IMG/VR virus record: IMGVR_UViG_3300009503_000018 | Coordinates: 1-64,000 of that record | Direction: 5' to 3' (one strand) | DNA length: 64,000 nt | From: a virus | Shown here: positions 55,715-64,000 of the stretch, piece by piece | Layout of the letters: every line of letters starts with the position of its first letter | Numbering within the stretch: position 1 is the stretch's first letter | Made by a program: the position numbers and the translations under genes | The notes under the pieces: model-generated | The model's database searches: none | What the model was told of the DNA's origin: nothing | Seen by the model: only the letters and a program-made list of their open reading frames with translations

Positions 55715-56050
55715 TTAGTGAAGAGTTCTTTGTATTGGTTCCTGCTGTTGTAATGGGAAATGCACATCGAACCATCGGTCAGCACAAGAGTCACAGAACG
55801 TGTCAGGGAGATATCGTCCATGTGGACACGTCACAAACCCAAACATCGCCCGAACAATAAATTCTCGTTGAAGGCACGGCGTATATATTCGTTTATCGTA
55901 TAGATAAACGAACAGACAAATCCCGAAAAATAGCCCTGTAGCCCACCAAGGGCAAAAGTAAACAACTAAAGTACATAGCCATCCAATCGGAGCAAAAAAT
56001 ACCGCCGGTGAAACAAAACTCTTCGCGATACGATTTTTAAATTTCATCAC
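55715..56050 (-). CDS. Membrane protein
   Basis: Two hydrophobic segments, C-terminal CxxC. Confidence 0.55.
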   Translation of the reverse strand: MMKFKNRIAKSFVSPAVFFAPIGWLCTLVVYFCPWWATGLFFGICLFVYLYDKRIYTPCLQREFIVRAMFGFVTCPHGRYLPDTFCDSCADRWFDVHFPLQQQEPIQRTLH

Positions 56051-57234
56051 TCCAACTCTCCAGTTTTATTGTTTCCAAAAATAGACAAATCAACTTGTTT
56101 TGTGTTTTGTAGAAGTAGAGATTTTAGCAACTTTTCACGATTCGCCATTTCTCCCAAATACACGCTCATTGCATATGCAAACTTCTTGGTATGTCCATAT
56201 TCCTGTTGGGCTCGAATCGCAAATTCTTTCCTATCTTCGCGACGAATATTATCAATATTTCTAGGTCGAGCTTCCGTTTCTTTGCGCTCTCGTGCTGTTT
56301 TCCAGTTCGTTACTTTGGTTTGAATATGCTGCTCGATTGCTTCGAGTTCTCGGACCCCGTCGTACAGCGTCGAGATCGCTGGCATTGCCCACATCGTGAT
56401 TTCTTCGTCAAATGACTCCTTAAACTTATCGACGAATTGAGAAAATGTCGGTCGTCCGTATTGGAAATACATATCGGCCAACTTTTCGGTCGTTAAGTTA
56501 GATTTGAGTGCATGTTTTGTCAAGTAGTGGGCGCACTTTACTTTAACCAATGATTGCTCATGGCGCAGCCGAATAACGTACCCTTCAATGTCTTTGTTCT
56601 TTTCCAAATCTGTATACAGGTCTGCCCAACCTTGCGATGTCAAAGGGAAAAATTGTGTTACCGGAATATTCAAAATTTGTCCAATTTCTGTCAATTCAGA
56701 CATGCGGACATAAGACATTGTCCGATGGTCTACAGCGCCGATCAAGTACAAAGCAGGTTCTGGATACTTAATTACAATGGTGTTAAATGGACTCACCCAT
56801 TCGAAGAGCAAGCTATGATTTTTTGCGAATCCCACGTCGAACAGTTTTGGATACTTTTTAGTAAACTCTGTGTCAATCTCAAAGGCATTTTCCAAATGCG
56901 AATACCCGAATGATCCTCGGGTCCGTAGATAGACTTTGTTGTTATACACTGAGCGGATAAGCAAAGATCCGTCGATTTTCAATGTTGCCAAAGCATCATT
57001 ATGCTCAATAGCTTGAGCAATATCATTAATCGCTATGCGCAAATCGTCCGGTCCTTGTCCCACATTAAAGAATTTTCCAAATCCTTGGGACACGACTTGA
57101 CCGTCGAGAGTTTCAACCCGCGACCGCCACCACACATTTTTTGGCGTCCATCCTGCATTGCCTATCGCAGCACTATGCGCGGGAACAATCAATCGCAGCC
57201 CGTCTTTTTCTTGGATATTGAAATATTCATTCAT
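56047..57234 (-). CDS. T4 Rnl1-like RNA ligase
   Basis: GFGKFFNVG, LKIDGSL (motif I), FEWVSP.N.IV..Y, EGYV, VKVK..HY. Confidence 0.85.
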   Translation of the reverse strand: MNEYFNIQEKDGLRLIVPAHSAAIGNAGWTPKNVWWRSRVETLDGQVVSQGFGKFFNVGQGPDDLRIAINDIAQAIEHNDALATLKIDGSLLIRSVYNNKVYLRTRGSFGYSHLENAFEIDTEFTKKYPKLFDVGFAKNHSLLFEWVSPFNTIVIKYPEPALYLIGAVDHRTMSYVRMSELTEIGQILNIPVTQFFPLTSQGWADLYTDLEKNKDIEGYVIRLRHEQSLVKVKCAHYLTKHALKSNLTTEKLADMYFQYGRPTFSQFVDKFKESFDEEITMWAMPAISTLYDGVRELEAIEQHIQTKVTNWKTARERKETEARPRNIDNIRREDRKEFAIRAQQEYGHTKKFAYAMSVYLGEMANREKLLKSLLLQNTKQVDLSIFGNNKTGELE

Positions 57235-57519
57235 AATGCCAACGTTTGCTACACCCACTACTAGGATAGTGGAAAATTACTCAAGACGCAGGTGATTGAT
57301 CTTCGTGCATGTTACCGCGCGATTGCTATAGCACGTTAGCGTGACGTAGTGGGGGCGGTGGGAATCGAACCCACGTTTAGCCGGATTAAAAGTCCGGAGC
57401 AATGCCAACGTTTGCTACACCCCCACTACTAGTATATTGGAAAATTACTCGAAGTCAAGACGCAGGCGATTGATCTTCGTGCATGTTACCGCGCGATTGC
57501 TATAGCACGTTAGCATGAC
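57235..57519. repeat. Duplication of tRNA-Lys promoter and 5' arm (57235-57345 vs 57401-57519)
   Basis: 111 vs 119 nt; copy next to ligase lacks 6 nt in the promoter and 2 nt in the acceptor strand. Confidence 0.92.
57350..57424 (-). tRNA. tRNA-Lys (anticodon UUU)
   Basis: GGGGGTG/CGCCCCC acceptor, GCAA/TTGC D stem, CCGGA-CTTTTAA-TCCGG, GGTTCGATTCC; CCA not encoded. Confidence 0.9.
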
Positions 57520-57677
57520 CGCGCCTTGTTCGGAGAACTTGAAATCACGAACTGTGACCTCAAGTTATTGAACTTCTCCCTCATGAGCAGGAAGTCATCA
57601 AATGTTTGAATACGCAGGTTGAATACGCAGATTACAAAGACTTTACAATCGCGATGACTTCGGAGGAGTATGTGTAT

Positions 57678-57974
57678 CTAAAGATCTATTAACCCATTCG
57701 CGGCTCCCCAATGAAGCCAGCGTCGGGCCATCGCCTCAAGGTTGCCTTTCTCTTCGGGCGGCACCGGATCTGCACCCGTAATTTCATGTAGGACCCAAAA
57801 CCAGTGATCCGGCTGCCGTTTTAACTCCTTGAAGAGAAATGGGAGAGCTTCTCTGCCCATGCCGATGATTTTTTGATAAGCAGGATGCAGAACCATGTCA
57901 TGCACAGAAGAGAGATATTGCGTCTCTTTTTTCCACTTTTCAACCAACTTGTGAAATTCCTTTTTTGACATCAA
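57678..57974 (-). CDS. Conserved hypothetical protein
   Basis: F..L...WK.ET...SS...M..HPAYQ.IIGMG...P.....L...PDHWF..L..ITG.DP. Confidence 0.75.
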   Translation of the reverse strand: MMSKKEFHKLVEKWKKETQYLSSVHDMVLHPAYQKIIGMGREALPFLFKELKRQPDHWFWVLHEITGADPVPPEEKGNLEAMARRWLHWGAANGLIDL

Positions 57975-57981
57975 GAATGTC

Positions 57982-58545
57982 TTACAATAATGCTGTTTTG
58001 CTCAAAATCCCTAAACCACAACAATGGGGATAATTGTAAAACAGCATATTTTCTTGTGCAGCAATATCCCCAACAGCTCTTTTCACCTCGGGAAAGCTTT
58101 CTGTGTCATGGAAAATTACCACATTGGCGTGTTTCGCCGCCCACAAACCACATTGATATGTAGGTGTATACTCATGAACAATGTCAATATGAACTAAATC
58201 ATATTGTTCAGTATTATTTTGAATGAAATCTTCAAAACTGCTGGCTATTACTTCAATATTTGAGTAGGGTGATAATGTGTGTCGTACCCGATTTTCAAAA
58301 TCGTAATCCCTAAAGCCAGCGCACACATCACCTTTGAAATGATCAACAGCAATAACGCGCGAAAAATAATTACTTAAAGCCACGGTTGAGTATCCATAAT
58401 CTACACCAAATTCTAATGCCGTATTCCGAGGAATACGAAACCTCTCAATTAAGTCAAGAAGAATGCTCTCTAAGCCCTTCCACGCCGAAGGAACATCAAT
58501 GAGTTTAGGTGGAAGATTAATTTTGCGGGGGAAATACAGAATCAT
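57982..58545 (-). CDS. Class I SAM-dependent methyltransferase (Methyltransf_24-like)
   Basis: ALEFGVDYGYS, VDHF.GD, DLVHID..H.Y, IFHD. Confidence 0.85.
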   Translation of the reverse strand: MILYFPRKINLPPKLIDVPSAWKGLESILLDLIERFRIPRNTALEFGVDYGYSTVALSNYFSRVIAVDHFKGDVCAGFRDYDFENRVRHTLSPYSNIEVIASSFEDFIQNNTEQYDLVHIDIVHEYTPTYQCGLWAAKHANVVIFHDTESFPEVKRAVGDIAAQENMLFYNYPHCCGLGILSKTALL

Positions 58546-59282
58546 GTAATCGGTCCAGACTTAAGCGCTTGGCTGAGATCTGGAGTTTGCGTCAATTGCT
58601 GCAAATTTTTTTGGAACAGTTCCGCTTGTTGCTGCGCCGGCATAGTCATGACTTGTAACGCGGCAATATTCGCTTTCAAACTCATAGCGGCTTCCATAAA
58701 TTTAGTAAATACTTTGGATAATTTTTCGCTACTTTCTGGGGGAATGACTTTCATTAAAGCGAGCATACTATTACTAATATCTTGAATAGCCTCGTCAGTA
58801 AAGTGCTGGTCTAGTGTTTGGATAATGCTTTTAAGATCAGTAGGTTCAGATTCTGGTTTTTCTTGTATTGGCTTTTTTGGCGCGTCCTCAGTCGGCGGGG
58901 GTTGGAGTTCGGAAGAAGGGCGCTCCGGGCGTTCTGAACTTACTGGAGATGGTGTGCGCGAAGGAAAGGCTTTTGCTCCTGGAAGAGGAGCCGCCATTTT
59001 CTGCAATACTTCGACTCCTGTTACTTTCATACCCTCTTTCATCCACCGATTAAGCTTTTCGGCCCGTTCTTCGGCATCCTCCCGTCTCAAATACTGAGTT
59101 GACTCTGGATATCCTTCAGGACTCACAACAAGATAATAATCGTCCCAGCTTGTTTTTCTCCCAGGAGGTCTAAAGTACACAACACGCCACTCGCCAGTCC
59201 CTTCAAACTTTAGAGGTTTAAAACCCTTTTCATTCGCCACTTCGGCCGCTGTTACTTTCATGCTTTTTCTCCAAGAGATCAC
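58542..59282 (-). CDS. Hypothetical protein
   Basis: 246 aa; KVTAAE motif; KGFKPLKFEGT shared with 59710-59988. Confidence 0.65.
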   Translation of the reverse strand: MISWRKSMKVTAAEVANEKGFKPLKFEGTGEWRVVYFRPPGRKTSWDDYYLVVSPEGYPESTQYLRREDAEERAEKLNRWMKEGMKVTGVEVLQKMAAPLPGAKAFPSRTPSPVSSERPERPSSELQPPPTEDAPKKPIQEKPESEPTDLKSIIQTLDQHFTDEAIQDISNSMLALMKVIPPESSEKLSKVFTKFMEAAMSLKANIAALQVMTMPAQQQAELFQKNLQQLTQTPDLSQALKSGPIT

Positions 59283-59445
59283 AAATTTTATTAATATCTC
59301 TACAAATACCTTCTATTCGACGGAGGATCAGATACTCAACATTTAACTGATCTTTTAAAACAGCCAAAACATCCCCTAAATCATACTGCTTTTCTACTAC
59401 TTCAATAGGTTCGCGTCGAGACCGTTTACTCACTATAATACACAA
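59230..59445 (-). CDS. Hypothetical protein
   Basis: 71 aa. Confidence 0.45.
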   Translation of the reverse strand: MCIIVSKRSRREPIEVVEKQYDLGDVLAVLKDQLNVEYLILRRIEGICRDINKICDLLEKKHESNSGRSGE

Positions 59446-59664
59446 CTATTTTTCGTCGAGCGTAGGAGTATTCCGCAAAATCTCGCGAAAATCCTGCCCC
59501 GGATATTGGGCATACGTGCGAGTTTTACTCTCCTGATTAGGAAGCTGGCTATGAAATGTAAATACTATTCTCTTTTTTTCGATTGTGTATTCGACATTTT
59601 TTAAAATCTCGTTGGGAAATGCCTCTTGAAATGCTTCTCGAATTTTTAAAATATTCGGGGACAT
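59446..59664 (-). CDS. Hypothetical protein
   Basis: 72 aa. Confidence 0.55.
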   Translation of the reverse strand: MSPNILKIREAFQEAFPNEILKNVEYTIEKKRIVFTFHSQLPNQESKTRTYAQYPGQDFREILRNTPTLDEK

Positions 59665-59709
59665 GACCTTATTGGCATCAGATAATGTTTGAATTTTTTG
59701 AATCTTTTG

Positions 59710-59988
59710 TTAGATGATTGTGACTCCGCGTTTGTGTTCTTCATCAAGCCACCTCTGGATAATCGTTGTTGCGATACTGGGTTCCGATGCCCCTTTAATA
59801 ATTGAAATAATCTCGTTAATAGAAAGGGTGATATTAATTTTGGCTAAACGGGGTTGATATTCCACGGCGAGTTGCTCGACGGTTTTTCGAGAGACCCGCC
59901 CCCGCCATTTGTTGGTCCCCTCGAACTTTAGAGGTTTAAAACCCTTTTTCCCCGCTCTCATGTCATCACAACGTATCAGCCAATTCAC
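59710..59988 (-). CDS. Hypothetical protein
   Basis: 92 aa. Confidence 0.5.
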   Translation of the reverse strand: MNWLIRCDDMRAGKKGFKPLKFEGTNKWRGRVSRKTVEQLAVEYQPRLAKINITLSINEIISIIKGASEPSIATTIIQRWLDEEHKRGVTII

Positions 59989-61726
59989 GAATCAGTTTCC
60001 AATCGTGAAGAGACTTCACGACATCACTGTGTCCGTTCGGACCTTGCTGTAACCGCATTAAATACGAGGGGTGGAACACGGGTATGAAAGTAATCCCAGG
60101 CCAATCAGGATGCGTCAGAATAGCGCCTCTTGCTGTCGAAATTTTTTCAGTAACATGTGGAAATACGGCTTTGAAGGCTTTATCTCCTAGCAGGATCACC
60201 AATTTTGGGTTCACTAAACGGATATGCGCACGAAGGCGTATGTTGCACGCCGAAATTTCCTCCGGTGTTGGAGCACGAATTTCCCCATTCGAATTTGGAA
60301 AGCACAAAACGACATTAGTAACGTGAATTTGGTTACGATCTAGTCCTGCATGGGCAAGTAAGGTTTCATTGAGATATTTCCCCGCTCGACCGCAAAATGG
60401 CGAACCGAAAAAGTCTTCACTTGGACCCGGTGCCTCACCAAGCGCCATAATCTTTGCCTTAGCCGGTCCCGAATATTTTACGATAGTGTTTCTTTTTTCG
60501 TGCAGCGGACATCGTGTACAGTCGCCCCATACACTAAACATGTCGTCTAGAGATTCGGCAGATAACAACTTTTTTTCAAATGATGACGTATCAGTCAAAA
60601 TATCACGTAATCCAGTCCCGACTTTTTTGAGTTCGTATGCGTCGAGGAATCTGTGGATTTCGTCCCAATCTACTTGAGGTTGTATATTCCATTGTTTTAG
60701 AAAAACGGTCCTCTGGTCTTCATCTAATTGATCAACTGATGAAAGAATATATGATAATTCATAGGCCATACGAATCTGTTCAGCATATTCGGGGATTTGA
60801 CTCATAATCGCTGTTTTGGGGTTGTTGTTGGCTTCATCAAGCAAATTAACAATATTGCCATATTGAGCAATCAATTTAGCGGCGATCTTTGCCCCAATTC
60901 CCGGAACGCCCGGAATATCGTCATGTACATCCCCCATCAACGCTTTTACTTCGGCCCATTGCGCGGGCTCTATTCCGTATTTTTCCACGAAATCAGATGC
61001 GGTGAACAATTTCTTTTTAACCGGGTCGTATTGAGATACCGTTGGCGATAATAATTGATATAAATCTTGATCTGAAGAGACGACTATAACATGCCCCAAT
61101 GCAGACAACGTATCAACCGCGATTCCGATTAAGTCATCGCCTTCGACTTCATGAATCGTCAGTTGCATAATCCCCATCGCTGGGAGAATCTGTTGTAGCG
61201 CTTCCATTTGAGGTAAGATCTTTTCTTGAAAGTTGCGGTGCTCTTCATCGGAACGGTTTTTGTAGCGACTCTCTTTGTACTGCATCGGCAGATCGTCGAA
61301 GATTCTAGCCGCCGAAGAGTCGGGGTCCTTCCGCGCTAACTCTTCGATTTTCGCACGATAGGCTTTAAGGACTCGTCGGCGATACCGGGATTTGTGGTCC
61401 CAAACAACAACAATTTTTTCAGGCTTAAACTTTTTAACAACTGCACAAAACGAAGAAAGAAATCCGTGGATTATTCCAGTGGCATCACCGCGCTTTGTCC
61501 GAAGAGCCTGCCCGCTTGCCGTATTCCAAATACGGTAAACTAAATAATTTCCATCAATTACGACAAATGTCGTGGGCATGACTTTCGGCTTTCCGGCTCT
61601 TAAGTCGGTTTCTTCTACAAACGGGACCACAAAAGCGACGTTGCGTCCGTCCCTTTTCGTTTTCCGCTGTTGTTGCCGGGAGGACAATACCTTTGTTGCA
61701 GGTTTCGCATATCCCGACCACTTCAA
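59966..61726 (-). CDS. 5'-3' exonuclease (PolA-N/FEN) fused to family-4 uracil-DNA glycosylase
   Basis: VIDGN...F, VWD, EVEGDDLIG, SSDQDL.QL, LMGD..DDIPGVPGIG.K.A; then CTRCPL, GEAPG..ED..G.PF.GRAG, TNVVLC.P, FHPSY. Confidence 0.9.
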   Translation of the reverse strand: MKWSGYAKPATKVLSSRQQQRKTKRDGRNVAFVVPFVEETDLRAGKPKVMPTTFVVIDGNYLVYRIWNTASGQALRTKRGDATGIIHGFLSSFCAVVKKFKPEKIVVVWDHKSRYRRRVLKAYRAKIEELARKDPDSSAARIFDDLPMQYKESRYKNRSDEEHRNFQEKILPQMEALQQILPAMGIMQLTIHEVEGDDLIGIAVDTLSALGHVIVVSSDQDLYQLLSPTVSQYDPVKKKLFTASDFVEKYGIEPAQWAEVKALMGDVHDDIPGVPGIGAKIAAKLIAQYGNIVNLLDEANNNPKTAIMSQIPEYAEQIRMAYELSYILSSVDQLDEDQRTVFLKQWNIQPQVDWDEIHRFLDAYELKKVGTGLRDILTDTSSFEKKLLSAESLDDMFSVWGDCTRCPLHEKRNTIVKYSGPAKAKIMALGEAPGPSEDFFGSPFCGRAGKYLNETLLAHAGLDRNQIHVTNVVLCFPNSNGEIRAPTPEEISACNIRLRAHIRLVNPKLVILLGDKAFKAVFPHVTEKISTARGAILTHPDWPGITFIPVFHPSYLMRLQQGPNGHSDVVKSLHDWKLIRELADTL

Positions 61727-61747
61727 CTAGTAAGCTCATAGTTGATC

Positions 61748-61945
61748 CTAATCTTTCGTTTCTGTTGCAAGGCGAATAATGTAATCTGGCGCCCGCTCAT
61801 TTGCTTTGTGTTCTTCTTTAAAGACCACAATCGGGACTTCTCCGAACAGCCCAACACTTAGTGGGCCCGCGAGATACTCTCGACCTTGCTTGTCCTTTTT
61901 AATCCACAAGTAGCCAATTGGAATTTTTGTCTGATCACGTACCAT
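61748..61945 (-). CDS. DUF736-like small protein
   Basis: IGYLW.K....G.EYL.G...IVVF...K.NE.APDY. Confidence 0.65.
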   Translation of the reverse strand: MVRDQTKIPIGYLWIKKDKQGREYLAGPLSVGLFGEVPIVVFKEEHKANERAPDYIIRLATETKD

Positions 61946-62186
61946 GATGGGTTTCCTCCGAATTAAGAATAGTGATAAAAACTCGAAGCTTTTTGTCAGC
62001 TTCTTGCTCGAACTCTTGAAATTTCTTTCGAATTTCTCCTACGGAAATAAAATCTGTGTCCGCCATATTTGATATATACTTTTCAAAGGCGGTGTGTATA
62101 AGTGCGCATTTGTTCATGGACACGTACTCGCGAAGTACGTTTTGAACAATGTCTTTCGGGGCTTTGCTTTCTTTACTTTCTTCCAT
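61935..62186 (-). CDS. Hypothetical protein
   Basis: 83 aa. Confidence 0.55.
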   Translation of the reverse strand: MEESKESKAPKDIVQNVLREYVSMNKCALIHTAFEKYISNMADTDFISVGEIRKKFQEFEQEADKKLRVFITILNSEETHHGT

Positions 62187-62610
62187 AAAGAATATCTACT
62201 GTGTTTGGAGTAACATTCTCCGATGCCATATGATAGTGACCTTGTATCGCTAGACTTAGCAGATACTGAGGTGTAAAAATATATGTTTGTGTGACGCCCG
62301 GAATGGCATTTAATAATTCGGAGAACTTCGTCCAATGATTTTTACGAATAGCGGCAATAATATAAACTTCATATAGTCCGTTTTTCCCGTTGTTAATCAG
62401 CAAAACCAACTTTTTGAGCGCTTCATGGTTTGGCGGAAACAAAATATTTATTAATTTTATAAAAGCCTTGATAGATTCTGGTTCGCTGTACGGAAATTCC
62501 CATATGACGCAACGCGCATCTTTAAAAAATCGGGACTCTATAATGTTTTGTGTTTGATAAAAAATAAAAGAGCATAATTTAGCAAATTTGAGTAAAAAGA
62601 AATTCAACAC
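62173..62610 (-). CDS. Hypothetical protein
   Basis: 145 aa; start uncertain. Confidence 0.5.
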   Translation of the reverse strand: MLNFFLLKFAKLCSFIFYQTQNIIESRFFKDARCVIWEFPYSEPESIKAFIKLINILFPPNHEALKKLVLLINNGKNGLYEVYIIAAIRKNHWTKFSELLNAIPGVTQTYIFTPQYLLSLAIQGHYHMASENVTPNTVDILYGRK

Positions 62611-62668
62611 ATTTCGTCCTATTTTTAAGCGAATTTGATTTTATTTGTAACACATTTTAACAGTCATG

Positions 62669-64000
62669 TCAAGATTCAGCGTCAGAATAATTTCTCCTTT
62701 CTGGAACTTTATTGTCCCACAAAGGATTCACATCAAAAACTTGACCACGATGTTGATGTCTCCCGTTCGTATTAGCATCACGAATAAAGCCACGGTCCAT
62801 AAGATACAGTAAGGCATTTTCAATAACGCGTCCGTGTTTTTTGGTGCAACGAACCGCATCTTGTTTGGTGATTTGCTTTTTATTATTACGCGCGATATAT
62901 AACAGAATATTTCTCGCAACGTCGTGGGACACTGAAGATTGCATTTGTTCATGGGCAGCAATCGCGTGAGAAATAAAATATGCGCCCAACTCTCTTGCAT
63001 TTGAGAATGTCCGTGCGTCGATTTCCCACTCCCACGGACACCCCTCGATGATGTTTTCAGCCATGTGAAATAAACCAGCGATACGAATAACGGCGCCCGC
63101 GAGTTTGGCTCCCCACTCTTTGAGTTCATCGCAGGTTGCTAAGACCCCGCCAGGTCGACACTGAGTATTAATCCATGTCCGAAACTCATCTAACAGCTCT
63201 TTTGCCTCCGACGATAGTGTCAAAACGTGCGGGACATCAGTTTCTCCTTCTATTGATTCTCGATATGGAATACTCAATAAGGCCCGAACGTTTTTTCGAT
63301 ATACGTCGAAAACGCGAAATGGGATTGTTTGTGGATTCATATTCTCTTTAAATTCTTTTTCTACCATACTATACAAGAACCGAGCATATAATCCACGGTA
63401 CGCCAAACCCGTTTTATCCAAAAGCCCTCGAAGTGATTTCGTCTGCGTGCAAATACCAATAGTCAAAGCGGGTTTTCGAATATCTTCTTCCCGCCGAGAT
63501 ATTCTATTGACTCGAATATCGTCGCCCGCATGACCCTTTAAATACACGTCAATATCAGGCTCTCCGTTGGTTTGGTAACGTCCATTCATCATAGCGAAGA
63601 TATCGCCTTCAGCACTCAAAATAGCCAATCGACCACTTTGTTCATAGAGCTTTGTTTTAATGGCTTGCGGCGTAATATCATCACCGATAAGGCTTGGAAG
63701 GATAGCCTTTTTTTCAAGTTCGGCGATTTTTTCGAGAATTTTGGTTGTTTCTTCGAGTATAGATGGTTCGTCTATACCCGCTTTCGCAGTCCGAGACCGG
63801 AGTGAGCGATACCGTGATTCAAGTAAATCCATATGGGCTTTGATTTTGCGAATTTCACTTTCTGCTCGTGTCTTCAGATACGACTCGTGTTCTTGTATTA
63901 CTTCGACCATATGCCGAAATACAACACCTTTGCGACTTCCCGGCGGTGCGCACACTACCGTAAACAAATTCAGCGGTTCACTCCAATCGCTTGTCACAAA
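62669..64000 (-). CDS. DUF3987/YfjI-family replication protein (5'-truncated by window edge)
   Basis: LNLFTVVCAPPGSRKG, DITP, SAEGDIF, YLKG..GD.IRVNR, LTI...TQ, GL.ARFL; frame open at 64000. Confidence 0.85.
   Translation of the reverse strand, partial: FVTSDWSEPLNLFTVVCAPPGSRKGVVFRHMVEVIQEHESYLKTRAESEIRKIKAHMDLLESRYRSLRSRTAKAGIDEPSILEETTKILEKIAELEKKAILPSLIGDDITPQAIKTKLYEQSGRLAILSAEGDIFAMMNGRYQTNGEPDIDVYLKGHAGDDIRVNRISRREEDIRKPALTIGICTQTKSLRGLLDKTGLAYRGLYARFLYSMVEKEFKENMNPQTIPFRVFDVYRKNVRALLSIPYRESIEGETDVPHVLTLSSEAKELLDEFRTWINTQCRPGGVLATCDELKEWGAKLAGAVIRIAGLFHMAENIIEGCPWEWEIDARTFSNARELGAYFISHAIAAHEQMQSSVSHDVARNILLYIARNNKKQITKQDAVRCTKKHGRVIENALLYLMDRGFIRDANTNGRHQHRGQVFDVNPLWDNKVPERRNYSDAES

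Noticed and set aside
57235-57260. Second tRNA-Lys gene
   Set aside because: Only the first ~22 nt (shortened acceptor 5' strand and D arm) are present; there is no anticodon or T arm.
1-64000. CRISPR array
   Set aside because: No run of identical repeats with unique spacers. All repeats are two-copy tandems, coding repeats or promoter cassettes.
1-64000. Stop-codon reassignment (alternative genetic code)
   Set aside because: Long conserved genes are intact under code 11 and end in TAA, TAG or TGA. The only split gene is a frameshift, not an in-frame stop.
1-64000. Bacterial chromosome or integrated prophage boundary
   Set aside because: Host-like genes (dnaJ, rfbB, dnaN, radC) are isolated among phage genes; no integrase, att site or housekeeping operon is seen.

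Overview
This window is a 64-kb segment of a large, probably lytic tailed phage (standard genetic code). It carries an intein-split portal (1617-5006) and an intein-split terminase large subunit (47951-51070), a holin-like gene, a 3D-domain protein, three tRNAs (Ile-UAU, Leu-CAA, Lys-UUU), two RNA ligases, DnaJ/Hsp20, a 5'-3' exonuclease-UDG fusion and a DUF3987/YfjI-type protein. There are no host housekeeping operons. Layout: 1-26.3 kb is a minus-strand structural/late block; 26-47 kb is an accessory/early block driven by a family of sigma70-type promoters that diverge at about 40.3 kb; 47-64 kb covers packaging, RNA repair, chaperones and DNA metabolism. The most striking signal is the 8.8-26.3 kb block of mosaic proteins whose modules are bounded by recurring LS[KR][KR]x and [KR]x[AS] motifs. 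I infer these are head-packaged, protease-processed polyproteins. Their modules include an orphan minimal CRISPR polymerase (mCpol) cyclic-nucleotide synthase, a PEP-utiliser phospho-His domain, a dual-specificity phosphatase and a GNAT-like domain. Other notable items are a beta-clamp lacking domain I, a TnpB-less miniature IS200/IS605 element, a thrice-copied promoter/RBS/MAKKAQ cassette, an eight-member paralogue family, and an RNA ligase split at a C7 tract. All domain calls come from motif recognition by eye; no database searches were run.
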